Source: Ascidiella aspersa (taxonomy: Eukaryota). Taken from it: DNA of 64,000 nucleotides. Under the pieces are notes generated by a model, which saw only the letters and a list, made by a program, of their open reading frames with translations, was not told the origin of the DNA and made no database searches. Each line of letters begins with the position of its first letter. Positions within the stretch are counted from its first letter, which is position 1. A program made the position numbers and the translations under genes. The stretch is taken from contig OZ004613.1 in assembly GCA_963924565.1 (NCBI GenBank), positions 31,310,001 through 31,374,000 on the forward strand, in the 5' to 3' direction. Positions 40,401 to 51,480 of this stretch are shown here, in pieces.

Positions 40401-42897
40401 ATAAAACATCGCTTCTGGATTTCACCAGATCACATCCTATTTACATTTGGAAGTTTTGCGAAAGTAAACTTTAGTTGAATCACTCCGGACAGAAGGATTA
40501 GGCTTGTTCTAACTAACATTGTCTCGCTGTCACTGCGTCACAATCGCGCACTATTTCGTCACAGAGCGACGCCGGAGCTAGACCGAGCATGACATCTTTG
40601 TTTTCACAGCTCGAGATGCCAGGTTGCAAGCGAGTAAAGTTTAACGGAAGAATTCAGTAAAACCAGCTAATGCTGCCCCTGGAGGCTTGAGAAAGAGATT
40701 CTTGAGGTTTGAGAGAATAGAGGTTTTATTTTCCTTATCACTGAGGATTATTTGAGGCTAGGAAGCTATTTTGCAGGACAAACAGATTTTAACGGGTAAA
40801 ACTCGCATTTTAATAAACTTTTTCAGAATAATAAAACACTATATTCGATAAAATCGTCATTTCTCTGTTTACAAGCGTTTTGGCAATACCTCATGACGTC
40901 ATCAGTTTCAAAATATTTAAGCGATAATAAAAGCAAAAAAACGTTAAAAAAGCTAAAAGTTTCAGAATAGTTTAGGTAGCAATGTAATCTATCATTTGTT
41001 GAAAGTATTCTACCGTCAATTGTGGTTTGTGTCTAGTTAGCCTAGATGTGTAATTTCGACAAGTATGCCTTTTGTGTCCAAATGGTGTTACTTATAAATA
41101 CATGACGCAAATAACGCATGAAATTTCATCGGGTTTCAAGAAAAGTGAAACATCATCTACGTTCGGTTTTCAGATTTGGTGTAAATCACCAATCTATCGC
41201 AATAACGTTAAAAAGTATTTCAAAGCATTTCTGCCATATTAAAGCACACATTGCGTCAAAAAACTAAATCCAAAAGGTTTCCAGAAATTAAAAAAATGTG
41301 AATTATTACCTGTTTATCAAATTAACCATGAAACACGATAACTAATAATGGCATGATGCTAAAAAATGTGCATTCAGGTCTAGAGTATTTAGGTACAATC
41401 TATATCAGCCTTATTGCTTTAATATCAAGTGGATTGTATTTGTTTAACTTATCGGAAGTCTATGTCGTCACAGTTGAGATTGTGATCTAATAAGTGTCTT
41501 TATTGCGGCAATAATAGGAAAGCGCGGGATCCGATTTCAACAAATTTAGATCCGAGATAATGCTTACTTAATCCCCGCACTACCACAATGCCGCTTTGAT
41601 ACGTCACAAAGCTTGCTTGCCTATTAAATTTTATTTTTTGAATATTATTTTTTTAATTAAAGCATGACATGGCCATCTTGCAATCTAAAGTTTATAGCAA
41701 ACTCCTAAAGCTTGCTACTTGTCATGCTTAGTATTTTTAAAGACTGTCTCTGTATTTAAGTTCAACGTGGACTCCTCCAGAAAACCTTTTATCCAACACG
41801 TAAAAACATTTTCCAAATGGCTTATTGATTATTTGTGGCTTCTATCAATAGTTAAAAGCCAAGTTGGCTGAGAGATATTAAACTTCATTTAACCTGCAAT
41901 AATGAAGTTCACATGGGTCATAACAAACTCTAAAAGGGGTTTCATTTGATTCGGTAAAGAGAATATACTTGCAGTTCTTATTAAATAGGTTCATTACTGT
42001 TCAGTTAAAATGAAAACCCACGGAAGCAGATGTTTATCAACTTGTAGCGACCCCGTGACAACTTGTATCAAGCGCCGGCAGCTTTTAACACGGACTGAAT
42101 CAATAAAGTCTCTCGCTGGAAACTTGTCGTCGCTTCGAGTTGGCAGCGAGCTTATGGAAGTTCATTATTACATCATAAGCGTTCCAAGCTAAACTAGACG
42201 CTCCCCTGAGCAAAATGTCCCCCTGGGGCCAGTTTTGCCCCCCCAAGGATCGAAATTACCCCCCGGAGATTTGAATTGAAACTCACTGTGTGATTTGAAA
42301 ATGCGAAACGCCGATGGTTGAAGTCACGTGATGATCGAACATCTTTGTGACGTAACGATTGACTAGTGACGTTTTTCCGACACCTGCAAAGCAAACAGGT
42401 CAAATGTGAACTTGATTATTACAAAAATAACGACAAAACTGACTTGCATTAACGGTATAAGTAACTGAGCGTAATTATAAATCTAGAAAATAGTTACATT
42501 TGGAAACTTTGACAAATAAATGCAAGCTATTTTTGAAATAAACAACTTTCGCCGATTTGCACAAAACGAAGAATTTTAATTTGTTAAAACCCGGTGCTTT
42601 TCCGCCCTACCAGTCTCAGTTACATTGTTACGTCACAAAACCTACTGTTACCTGATATTGTAGCGCTTCTTGCGCGATCTGGGAACTTTTTGCCCCGGTT
42701 TTGTGCAACTAATCACGATTGTGCGATAATTATATTGTTTCTTAATTATAGTGGAGAATTACAAACCGACAACTCGTCGAAATCCCGCTGTCCGGCTTAA
42801 ATTTAATCCCTATTATGACATCACAATTCGCGTCGCGCGCTTTCCTACCTTGGTTGCCGATCACCAAAACTTTGGCAGTCGCTCTTTTTTGCGCCAT
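34481..42897 (-). CDS. Rab-family small GTPase of the Rab5/Rab22/Rab31 group (RabX1-like), 200 aa, 7 coding exons
   Basis: complement join(42849-42897, 42287-42383, 37077-37146, 35819-35912, 35519-35548, 35326-35454, 34481-34614). All introns are GT-AG, phases match and the total is 603 nt. Protein: MAQKRATAKVLVIGNQGVGKTSLVNRYVTKMFDHHVTSTIGVSHFQITQEIGDHDVTLQIWDTAGQERFRSLMPMYYRNSAAALLVYDVTSKDSFVALKEWASELQNNVEENIILFVVGNKTDVPVVERQVEKQEANDFADSVGAHFREVSALSSHGVNDVFLDLCIKVVHMQQLLHQKEEAQASIGPSMTQESNQCCGT. G1-G5 boxes and a C-terminal CCxx prenylation motif are present. Confidence 0.93.
34957..35004. repeat. Short direct repeat in Rab intron 6
   Basis: atttatgttggacacaatttgt occurs twice. Confidence 0.8.
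38094..38141. repeat. 20-bp tandem repeat in Rab intron 2
   Basis: (aaaagcaatactgtatcttt)x2 plus aaaagcaa. Confidence 0.85.
39736..39768 (+). other. Putative G-quadruplex motif containing two GGATTA sites
   Basis: GGG-ttt-GGGGGG-attaagt-GGG-attaaggt-GGG. Confidence 0.45.
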
Positions 42898-43955
42898 TGC
42901 AGCAGAAACTTCGATTGTTCCGTCACAACTGCCAATATGCTCAGTTGGCACGAAGTGCTTTGTTACGTCAATAATTAACCGATCGCTCTCTGTGTTCGGA
43001 GGGCGATTCTTCATTGTGACGTCACAGTGCAAATTGTGCCGGAGCGCGATGTTGGTTTGTTGAGGGATTAAGTGTGGCTGTGATATTTAATTTGAATAAT
43101 TGTAGGATAGTGATCGGTTGAGTTAGTCGCCAACGCATTTAATGTTGAACCTACGTACATGGTTCGTTGTGTAATGGCTTCAAATAGATTGTGTCTGAGC
43201 AGAAATATTAAATAACCTGTAAATTTTATATTTCCTGTGTTTTTACATTTGATCTGCTTTTACGTTTGTATTTGTAGAGCACCGTTAAGTGCGATAATAT
43301 AACGTACCAGATAACACATTGGTGCTAAGTTCTTGGTGGTGTAAGGGTCATATGGCATAATTCGCAACTTTTAAAGGCTGTAATTGTAAACGTTTACCAG
43401 CATATACATAAATTGAGAATTCAGACCAAAATGATTTTAAGTTGTATGTGTGGAATATATATACCAACATCCATACAAATTAATTTGAACTGCGAACGTT
43501 TTAACTCAAATTGACATATTGGTGGTATATTAGAATGGTGAAACAGAATAAATATTGTCTCATTCGCGAAAAAGCCTTTTAGTAAATCTGTTAGCAAATG
43601 TGTACATCAACAAATCATTAAAACACAAAAAAACAAATTTAAAAACTTTTAACAAAATCTGTAACATTGTTCAAACATTTCGAATAAATCTTTATCCAAT
43701 GAATTACAGATACGTTATAAACAAATAGTTAGTGGACATTGTGGAAAATCACAAACATACGATTGTTCCAGGTTGTTTGAAGTCGTCAGTTTAACAAGGG
43801 ATTGTTTTAAGCATAAGTTGTTGTTCGCGTGTAGTTTGTTTTACCGGGAGGTTGTGCTTTGAAGTTTAAGAGTGATTGGAATTTACTCCCTGGAAATAAG
43901 AGCCGTGTTAACTAAAAACACACGGTGTGGATAGACAGGGGTGTGGTTTACACGA

Positions 43956-43985
43956 GGGAGGGGTAAATGGGGTTTAGAAGGGGGG
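43956..43985 (+). other. Putative G-quadruplex motif in the Rab/FLRT-C divergent intergenic region
   Basis: GGG-a-GGGG-taaat-GGGG-tttagaa-GGGGGG. Confidence 0.5.
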
Positions 43986-45703
43986 TTGAAACCCTTTTAT
44001 GGGGGTAAGTAGACTCCTACCTGTACGCATAATGCACTAAACTACATAGCTGCACCTAACCTGTGTTAAAATTGATATTAGTGTTCTCAAGGGTATATTT
44101 ATAACTAAGTATTTTGTAAGTTGATATTTATATTACTTTACTTATGCCAGGAATGTCACTGTTACATTTTGTGTCCATTAGATAATTTACCTTGACCAAT
44201 CTAGTTTAGTGCAAAAATTATAAAGAGTTGTTCGGTTTCAATACATTGAAGTGGAATATACTTTCCGTAGTAGGTTTACTCGAGGTGTTTTTACGAACTG
44301 TGATATATTTGTTTAAAAATCCAACTACGTTTTCATTCACACTTGTTTAACGCGTTGCAGAAGTTTTAATTAGATCGTCACGTTAAAATATTATCAGCAA
44401 TAAAACCAGCACCTTGGAAATAAAACAAAAGTTCATATATTTGTTACGAGATATTTTTTTTTCAACGATAACTAACTTTTACCTTCAACCTGTTTATGTA
44501 TATTGTGTTTTAATTAAATTGTTACGTTTTATCCCAACTAGCAATAAAACCAGCACCTCGGGCATCAAGCGCGACCGTAGTTGGATTTCCTCGTGTTCTT
44601 ACAAACACGGCGAGAATATTTGATCAGTCAACAGAAAGTTAAGGTTCGTAGCGACAGTTGTAAGTACCAAGGAAGAAAGTGTTTGAGAAGGTAACGGTTC
44701 GTAAATACGAGAAAGCGACGAAGTAATCGCGGTTTGGCCTTTACCACCAACAACTGAAGTTACCTGCGACATAAAAAAACAAAAGTTGAGCAGATTGAAA
44801 TGATGTAAGAGGCTTTGAGTGATTGGCAGATGCGTGATTAGCTAAAGTAACTGCGCGAGAAGCATTCGCTGCGTGGAGCTGAGAGGGAAAAAAGATCGCG
44901 TCGGTGAAATATCTGCCTCAACTTCGCTCAATTTGTCTGCCGCATAAGCTGATGTGTGTGTGGGTTGGTGGGCTGGTGGTGCTTAGTTTTATTGCTTCTC
45001 GCGTCTTGATTGTTTGCGCGATCGTAAATCCACTTTTAAGAACTTGTGTTTTGCGCGGTTTGTTGTTTGTGCTGATTGTTCGGTTTGTTTACGTCACAAA
45101 TTGACGCGCGATCGAAAATCGATTGGATTTGACAGTTGAGGCAAAATGGCGATTCCAGGTATAATTGTTATTTAGGCAGTTTATTGTTCAGAATCACATA
45201 TTTATTAATTTGAGTATTTTCTTAAAACAAGCGAGTTAGAGTGTTTAAGTAAAATATCGTAGTTTAATGTAATAACAGGTACTCAAGGTTTGGTCAGAAA
45301 TGCTCTTTTTTGGTTCCGCTTAGTTGTATTTTTTATCAACTCGGTTTTTATATTCAGAAGTTGTAATGTTTATTGAATAAGTTAAATTTTCAAAAGTGAA
45401 ATTTCGAAACTCTTAAAACATAGTTTTTTACTTATTTTAGCTAAACATGTGTGGCTAGAAACTTGTACCTAATAATGATGTCGTATTGTTAGCAACATAT
45501 GAACTTTATCAAAGTTTTATGGATTATGAGCGTTTAAAGAAAGTACCAGTTAGTTTCGAGCGCTTTCGTTTGATTTCACTTCGATACAATTCCCGAATCT
45601 TTAAGCGGTGTCAAATTTCACCTCAGGGAAACAAATCGATTCCGCGGGACTTTAGTGCTCCAAACCCCGCCGAGCAACTTGGCGATTTGTGGCGCCTTTA
45701 TGC

Positions 45704-46009
45704 CAGTGTTTCTCACCCATGGGTCGCAACCAATAACTGGGTGGCCGTTTGATTTGTTTGGTCGCCGACTACATTAATTAATTAATTAAAATAGTTCAAT
45801 TTATTAAGATTGGTTCTGAGCAACATATCTCTAAAATTTACGAGGATTGCGAAAGCATTATGAAGACATGCCCCATATTTGCTGCTATCTTAGGACTTAT
45901 TTGTTCACTTTAAGCTTGAAACAAGTTCGATAGGATAATTAGGTCGCCAAAGCTGTTAAACTTACACTTAGTATTTAGGCCGCCACAAAAAAAGGTTGTC
46001 AAAACACTT
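45704..46009. mobile_element. Degenerate hAT-like MITE, family 1 copy, abutting the FLRT-C acceptor
   Basis: Starts cagtgtttctcaccc and ends ggttgtcaaaacactt (imperfect TIR). Internal similarity to 33459-33765. Confidence 0.6.
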
Positions 46010-46023
46010 ATTTATTTCAACAG
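46010..46023 (+). other. 3' splice (or trans-splice) acceptor upstream of the FLRT-C start codon
   Basis: atttatttcaacAG, with AG at 46022-46023, 18 nt before the ATG at 46042. Confidence 0.7.
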
Positions 46024-46041
46024 ATCAACAAAAAAACAAAA

Positions 46042-49000
46042 ATGAAGCTAACAAAAGTAGGGACTCTATCTGTGCTGACGCTGCTCGTGACGTCATTAGC
46101 AGTGACGCAATCGCTGCAGGACTGTCCGCGCAAATGCAGATGCGACGAGCGACACCGTACGGTCTACTGCCAGGAGCAGCAACTACCAGTTGTCCCCTAC
46201 GGTGTACCCCCCAACACCAGGGTGCTGCACATGCAGGATAATGACGTCATAAACGGACCTATTGTCGACGAGAACCTGTCACAATTGACGCGATTGGAGA
46301 AGTTGAACATGTACGGCAACCAGCTGACAGCTGTACCAGCAGGTCTCCCAGCATCTCTCGAGTTTGTGTCGCTCAGGAACAACAGGATCAGGTTCATCGG
46401 GAAGAATTCACTCCAGGGATTAACTTCGCTCGCTGAGATCTACTTGGACTCAAATAACATCACAAACCTTGGTCTTTCAAGCCTTGCGTTCAGCGACACT
46501 CACAACCTGCAAGTACTCGTGCTCACTGACAACCTACTCACCTCGCTACCCGAAGGACTTCCGAGTAGTTTGCGAGTTCTCAGACTAGACTCGAACCTCA
46601 TCCAAAGCATCTCCAAGTCGTCCCTCCTCCATCTCAACAAACTCTCACTCCTCGATCTTTCATACAACAAGATCAACCAGGACTTCATCGCTAGAGGCGC
46701 TATGCTGCCCCTCACATCTCTGACGTCACTAGCGCTTGACGTCAACCAGCTCACCGAAATACCCCCCCAACTTCCCCCCTCGCTCAACGAACTCACGATG
46801 TCACGAAACAACATCCGCTACATCTACAGCAGTGATGACGTAGACGATAATGACGTCATGGTTGGAAGTTTGAGCTCGTTGCATCAACTGATGACGTTGG
46901 ATCTGTCGATGAACTCGTTACGTAGCGTCCAAACTGCGTCATTCGCCAACCTACGTCACCTAGCAACGGCCAGCTTCCATGGCAACGCGTGGGTGTGCGA
47001 TTGTCATCTCGATTATTTCAAACAATGGCTCATTGTCACCAGCTCTGTGCTTAGCAGCGAACATGACGTCACATGCCAAGCTCCACCGAGGTTTAGTGAC
47101 GTCACACTTAACAGCATCGACGTCGAAGCGCTAAAGTGCGGTCAACAAAGCCTACAATTGACCAGTGTGACGTCACAAAGCGTGGTTGTTACGTGGAAGC
47201 ACGAAGAATCGAACCCCCCTTACATAGAGAAGCGTCTCTTGTATGGACCCCTCACCTGCCAGAACTGCTCCCTCGACCCTCGTGACGTCATCAGTGACGT
47301 CACCGACCTCGTGGACCAGTACAGTCTACTGGATGTGACGTCACAAGTGCTTAACAATCCCGAAAACGCTGAGATCGAGATCGACCGATTAGTCGCCGGG
47401 ACGCGATACTTGGTCTGTTATTACGTCACAGAGCAAAAGATCGCGGACATCGACATGAACCAGTGTGTGTATGCCTCGACCAATCAGCTTCCTCCGTCCA
47501 GTCCCCCCGCTCACGTGACGCAACAGACCACGTGGCCCCCGCTCTGGATTATCCTCGTTTGTTGCATCACAGTACTCGTCGTCTTCATTTGCATAATCGC
47601 AGTCGTCATATTACGTCAGCGGCGATCACTCAAGCATGGCCACAAGAGGAGCCCAGGAGCGCGTGGGAACCGTGACGACTTTTACTTCCCGGAAGCTTAT
47701 ATTCCGGGTTACACGTACGCCCCAGCGCCCCCCAGTGGCAGCTTCGGCACCAACTTGAGCGAGCGGACTTACATGGAATGCGGGGAGGCCGACGCGTCAC
47801 TAGAGTTTGACGTCATGATCAAGCCTAGCGACGTGACGACACCTAAACACGTGATGACGTCACGGTACGAGGACGTCACGATCGAAAGGTGGGTTGATTT
47901 TGCGAAGAACATAATGTTTCCGGTAAATTTTAAGTTGGTTAAACTGCGGCCATTTTAAAATAAAGATATTCGATTTTATTTTCAAAATTTCTCTTTAAAA
48001 ACATTTTTGATCTTTGCTCACTAAAAAGAAATGGAGTGAAACGCAAAAAACGAGGTTTAGAGAACTTTGTATAGAACTCAATTACATAATTAATCAATAT
48101 TCATGCAAAAGTAACTCACAAATCAAATCTAGACAATAACCATTGCCAAATTTGGTTCCACCCTTTGAACAATATTCCTTATTTTGCGTCACACCCAAAC
48201 ATCGATAGTAAAGGTTAAACTCCCTGTCTAGCACATTTAGGTAAAATTCCTAAAAGTTGGGTCAAAGTACTTGAAAATCAAATTCCGGTCAAAATTACGC
48301 GAAAGTGCTTGAACTAAATATGATCGAATTATGCAAACCCTTACTTAATTGCGATGAACCGCAGTAAAATCGCAGCAAAACAACCCACCCAGCCTACATT
48401 ATATGCTTCTATGGTCAAATCTCCAAGTGTAAGTTCAAGTGCTCGCCCACTCTCAGTATCTGCTGTAATTTCCTCCTTTCCACAAACCAGTGCTCGCCAT
48501 AATTGACGCCTTCACCTAATTGTGATTTTAGGCGCCGAAGCCAAACCCGTACACTACAGTGTACAGACTTGCTAGTTGCTGTACATACGCAGTTTTAAGG
48601 TTTTTCCTGTAATTGGCCCAGAGTAATGTTTTGCAATGGCGCCTGTTAAATTTTATGGCCAATTTTTTTATTTAAATGTTTCTACGATGCTGTAAAAACT
48701 TTTTACAGTTTTAAATTAGAAAGTAAAATTGTCGTTTCAATTTTGTTTTATATTTATTTTCCCTAAAAAGCTGTCAGTAAACTTACTTTGTCAATATATT
48801 TATTTTGAACAACTCCAAATTAAGGAAATTTGGCAAACGTTTAATAACCACACTATTTCTATGTCCGATTGAATTGTTTTACATCTATTTATCTTACAAT
48901 AATAGAACCCCAATATAATTCATTGCGAATGTTCTAAATCAATGTTTCAAAGTGTGTGAAAAGTAAATCACCTTATAGGAATAAAATTAAAACGTTAAAG

Positions 49001-50093
49001 GAAAAAGAATTTTACAAACGAGAGACTAAAGTGCCAACGACCAATTAGGTTCTTGGTTTATTTTTTTGCTGAAGGCAGTAGGCTTTTTAACTGTTGAACA
49101 CCAGCATTTTACAAGTCGAAAAAAGTTGACAGAATGTCGCATACAACCTTTGTTTGATTCGATTTTCTATATATCCAACAATAATAAAACCCTAACCCAA
49201 TTTCACCAAAGTTATATATTTTTGCGTATAGTCATAATACAGAGCAATGCCGTGCTGGGTTGTCAGTAGACTTACCTCCAGCGAAGCCATAAAAGCTTTA
49301 AAAGCGACGTAATTTGAAACCAAAGCGCACATTTTTCGCGGCCAGTCAGGAAAGCTATTAAACCTAATAAATCTTCGCTGCATTTCTTTCTGCTTTTCCA
49401 TCACAACCGGGCTTTGTTGATTATGAAGGTTACCTCGCTGTAACACGAGTTTTAATAAGGCTTAATCAAATACTCACTTCTATTTGAGCAAGGTTCAATT
49501 ACATAATGACACTACATAGAGTGCATAACCTGCTCAAAACAGCAAATAAAAACTTCGAGTCATAAATCAAGAATTACAATTTTCGCAAAACATCAAAACG
49601 CCTGTTTAAAATTTCTTTTCAATTCTATTTGACATAAAATTCAAAATTCGTGAAAAACAGACAAAAGTGTCAAATCCAGTCAACTGTAAATAACAACAAT
49701 AGGTTTATGATTATTGTTTCTAATAGACACCTTGATATAAACCAACGTTTACATAAATTGTTCTAAATAAAATATATATATTTTTTTGATTTAGTAAGAA
49801 TATCAAAGCCCATGCAGAAGTATGTATCATTTTAAACGTTTCAAATAACTTTTTATTCGTTTTCAACATGTTTTGATTTAAATATTAGAATTCGTTTTCC
49901 CGCCTAAATCCCGAGCCGCCATTTTCTAAACCTTTCCATTTTAAATTCCAGCAATCCCCGATTAAGCTCCAACCCAACTCCGTCAACCAATCACAACGCC
50001 ACAATCGCATCACGTGACGACCCCTATCTAGATGACGACACGTCAGCGACAATGACGTCACGACTACGTCATGAAACCGGGATTTTTGTCTGA
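46042..50093 (+). CDS. FLRT: FLRT-like leucine-rich repeat/FN3 transmembrane protein, paralog C (662 aa, 2 coding exons)
   Basis: join(46042-47888, 49952-50093). Exon 1 carries signal, CPRKCRC LRRNT, LRRs, GNAWVCDC LRRCT, FN3 and TM. Donor AG/GTGGGT at 47889 and acceptor ttccattttaaattccAG at 49951 are phase-2 compatible. Splicing gives ...IESNPRLSSNPTPSTNHNATIASRDDPYLDDDTSATMTSRLRHETGIFV*, which matches the paralog B end DDTGVYV*. Confidence 0.92.
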
Positions 50094-50182
50094 ACTTTGT
50101 TGCTTTTTTTAGCGGAGCCGGTCTCCTTTTTAAGTTCACTTTATACTTTGTAGCGTCCTGTGAAAAATATTAAACTCTATAG

Positions 50183-50454
50183 GAGTGGTTCTTGATCTAA
50201 TTAAGGGTAATTACTACCAAAGCGGGGTAATTGATTTTTTTTTGGGGGTGGGGTGTTGGGAGGTGCAGTGATATAAAATTATATATATATGAACGCTAAA
50301 AAGCAAAATGTCCTATCTAGCCTTCCAAATATTAAATTGGTCATTCTAGTTTTGTATAACTTTTATAAAGTCATAAATTTACAGTTTTAAATAGGGGCAA
50401 CTAAAATACATTATGTTGTATTTCATGGTAAATTTAAAAGGTTGAGAACCACTG
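50183..50454. mobile_element. hAT(Charlie)-like MITE in the FLRT-C 3' UTR
   Basis: Termini gagtggttcttga ... ttgagaaccactg with 8-bp flanks ctctatag (50175-82) and ctctagag (50455-62), a 7/8 match. Confidence 0.7.
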
Positions 50455-50834
50455 CTCTAGAGCGAACGAACATAGTTGGGGGCGTATTGCAGTGGGGACG
50501 CGTGGAAATAACGTTTCCTTGGTTTTAAAGCTATTTTATGCTTTCTGTATTTTTAACTTGTGGCGTTACAACACGTGGGTATTTGCGTTACGTCACACAA
50601 TAATATCATTTATAAAGCGTTTCTGAATGTTCCCTTTACCCATGTACGTTTTAAAGTTGATATCCGGAAGGGCTTTTCAGGATTGCATTTTACCTGTCAC
50701 TAAAAGTCAACCTTTAACCCCATGTGTTTTACATTCAGCAAAACGCCACCAACTGTGTTCAACTTGTTTTGTGCTTTTTAGTTTTTGTTTGAAGCTTCCT
50801 TGTATTTCGCCTCGCGTCTAGTTCCTATGCATTT

Positions 50835-50840
50835 AATAAA
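50835..50840 (+). terminator. Probable polyadenylation signal of FLRT-C
   Basis: AATAAA followed by a GT/T-rich tract (gctttgttgtttt), about 740 nt after the stop. Confidence 0.45.
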
Positions 50841-51443
50841 AGCTTTGTTGTTTTAAGCTACGATCGGTTTTATTGAGGGAAGTAATTACTTTGTGCAGAT
50901 CCAAACTTGCCCGCCCAACAACCTGATGTGCCTTTGTGACCGAATAGAGGCTAAAACTTAAACGACGCCGCTCGGGGAAAGTATTTGCTGTCAATCATTA
51001 AAACGCAATTATTAAATTTGAAGTCGATGGATTAGCAATAACGTGATGTTTACATTTCATTCGATTCACAAAAGCTTTTCGAATATTTCGAACCTCCACT
51101 TGATATTAACTTCACGCAGTGTTACGACACAATGCCCCAAGGCTACGTCACAAAGGCATCCCGCGACCAACTTTCGGGTTAATCGAGAATTCGTTTCACT
51201 TTTATCAGATTGATTGTTTCGTCACACCTTTTACTGTGACGTAACAATGATAAATATAAGGGAGGCAAAAGTGGAAAATCGATTAAAATATCCAGGTGCA
51301 TGTGACGTCATAAAGGTTGCTTCTCGCGACTCGGCTGCGTTCACTGATGCATGACGAGTGGGGATATTGTGACATCACGGTTGACTGCTGTGACGAAACA
51401 AACAAATGTTTAATGAAATTCGAGTCGGCGGTAATTGTTGTTG

Positions 51444-51480
51444 GTCACGTGACTTAATAGCGGGTAATTAGCCAATCAGA
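51444..51480. promoter_or_regulatory. Promoter-like module: perfect GTCACGTGAC E-box plus CCAAT box
   Basis: GTCACGTGAC at 51444-51453 and gCCAATcag at about 51472, inside a CpG island about 1.3 kb upstream of the NOSTRIN-like ATG. Confidence 0.35.

Noticed and set aside
47889-47958. ORF-track C-terminus of FLRT-C as the main isoform
   Set aside because: Composition turns intronic after a GT donor, and an in-phase downstream exon restores the paralog-like C-terminus. It is kept only as a possible minor isoform.
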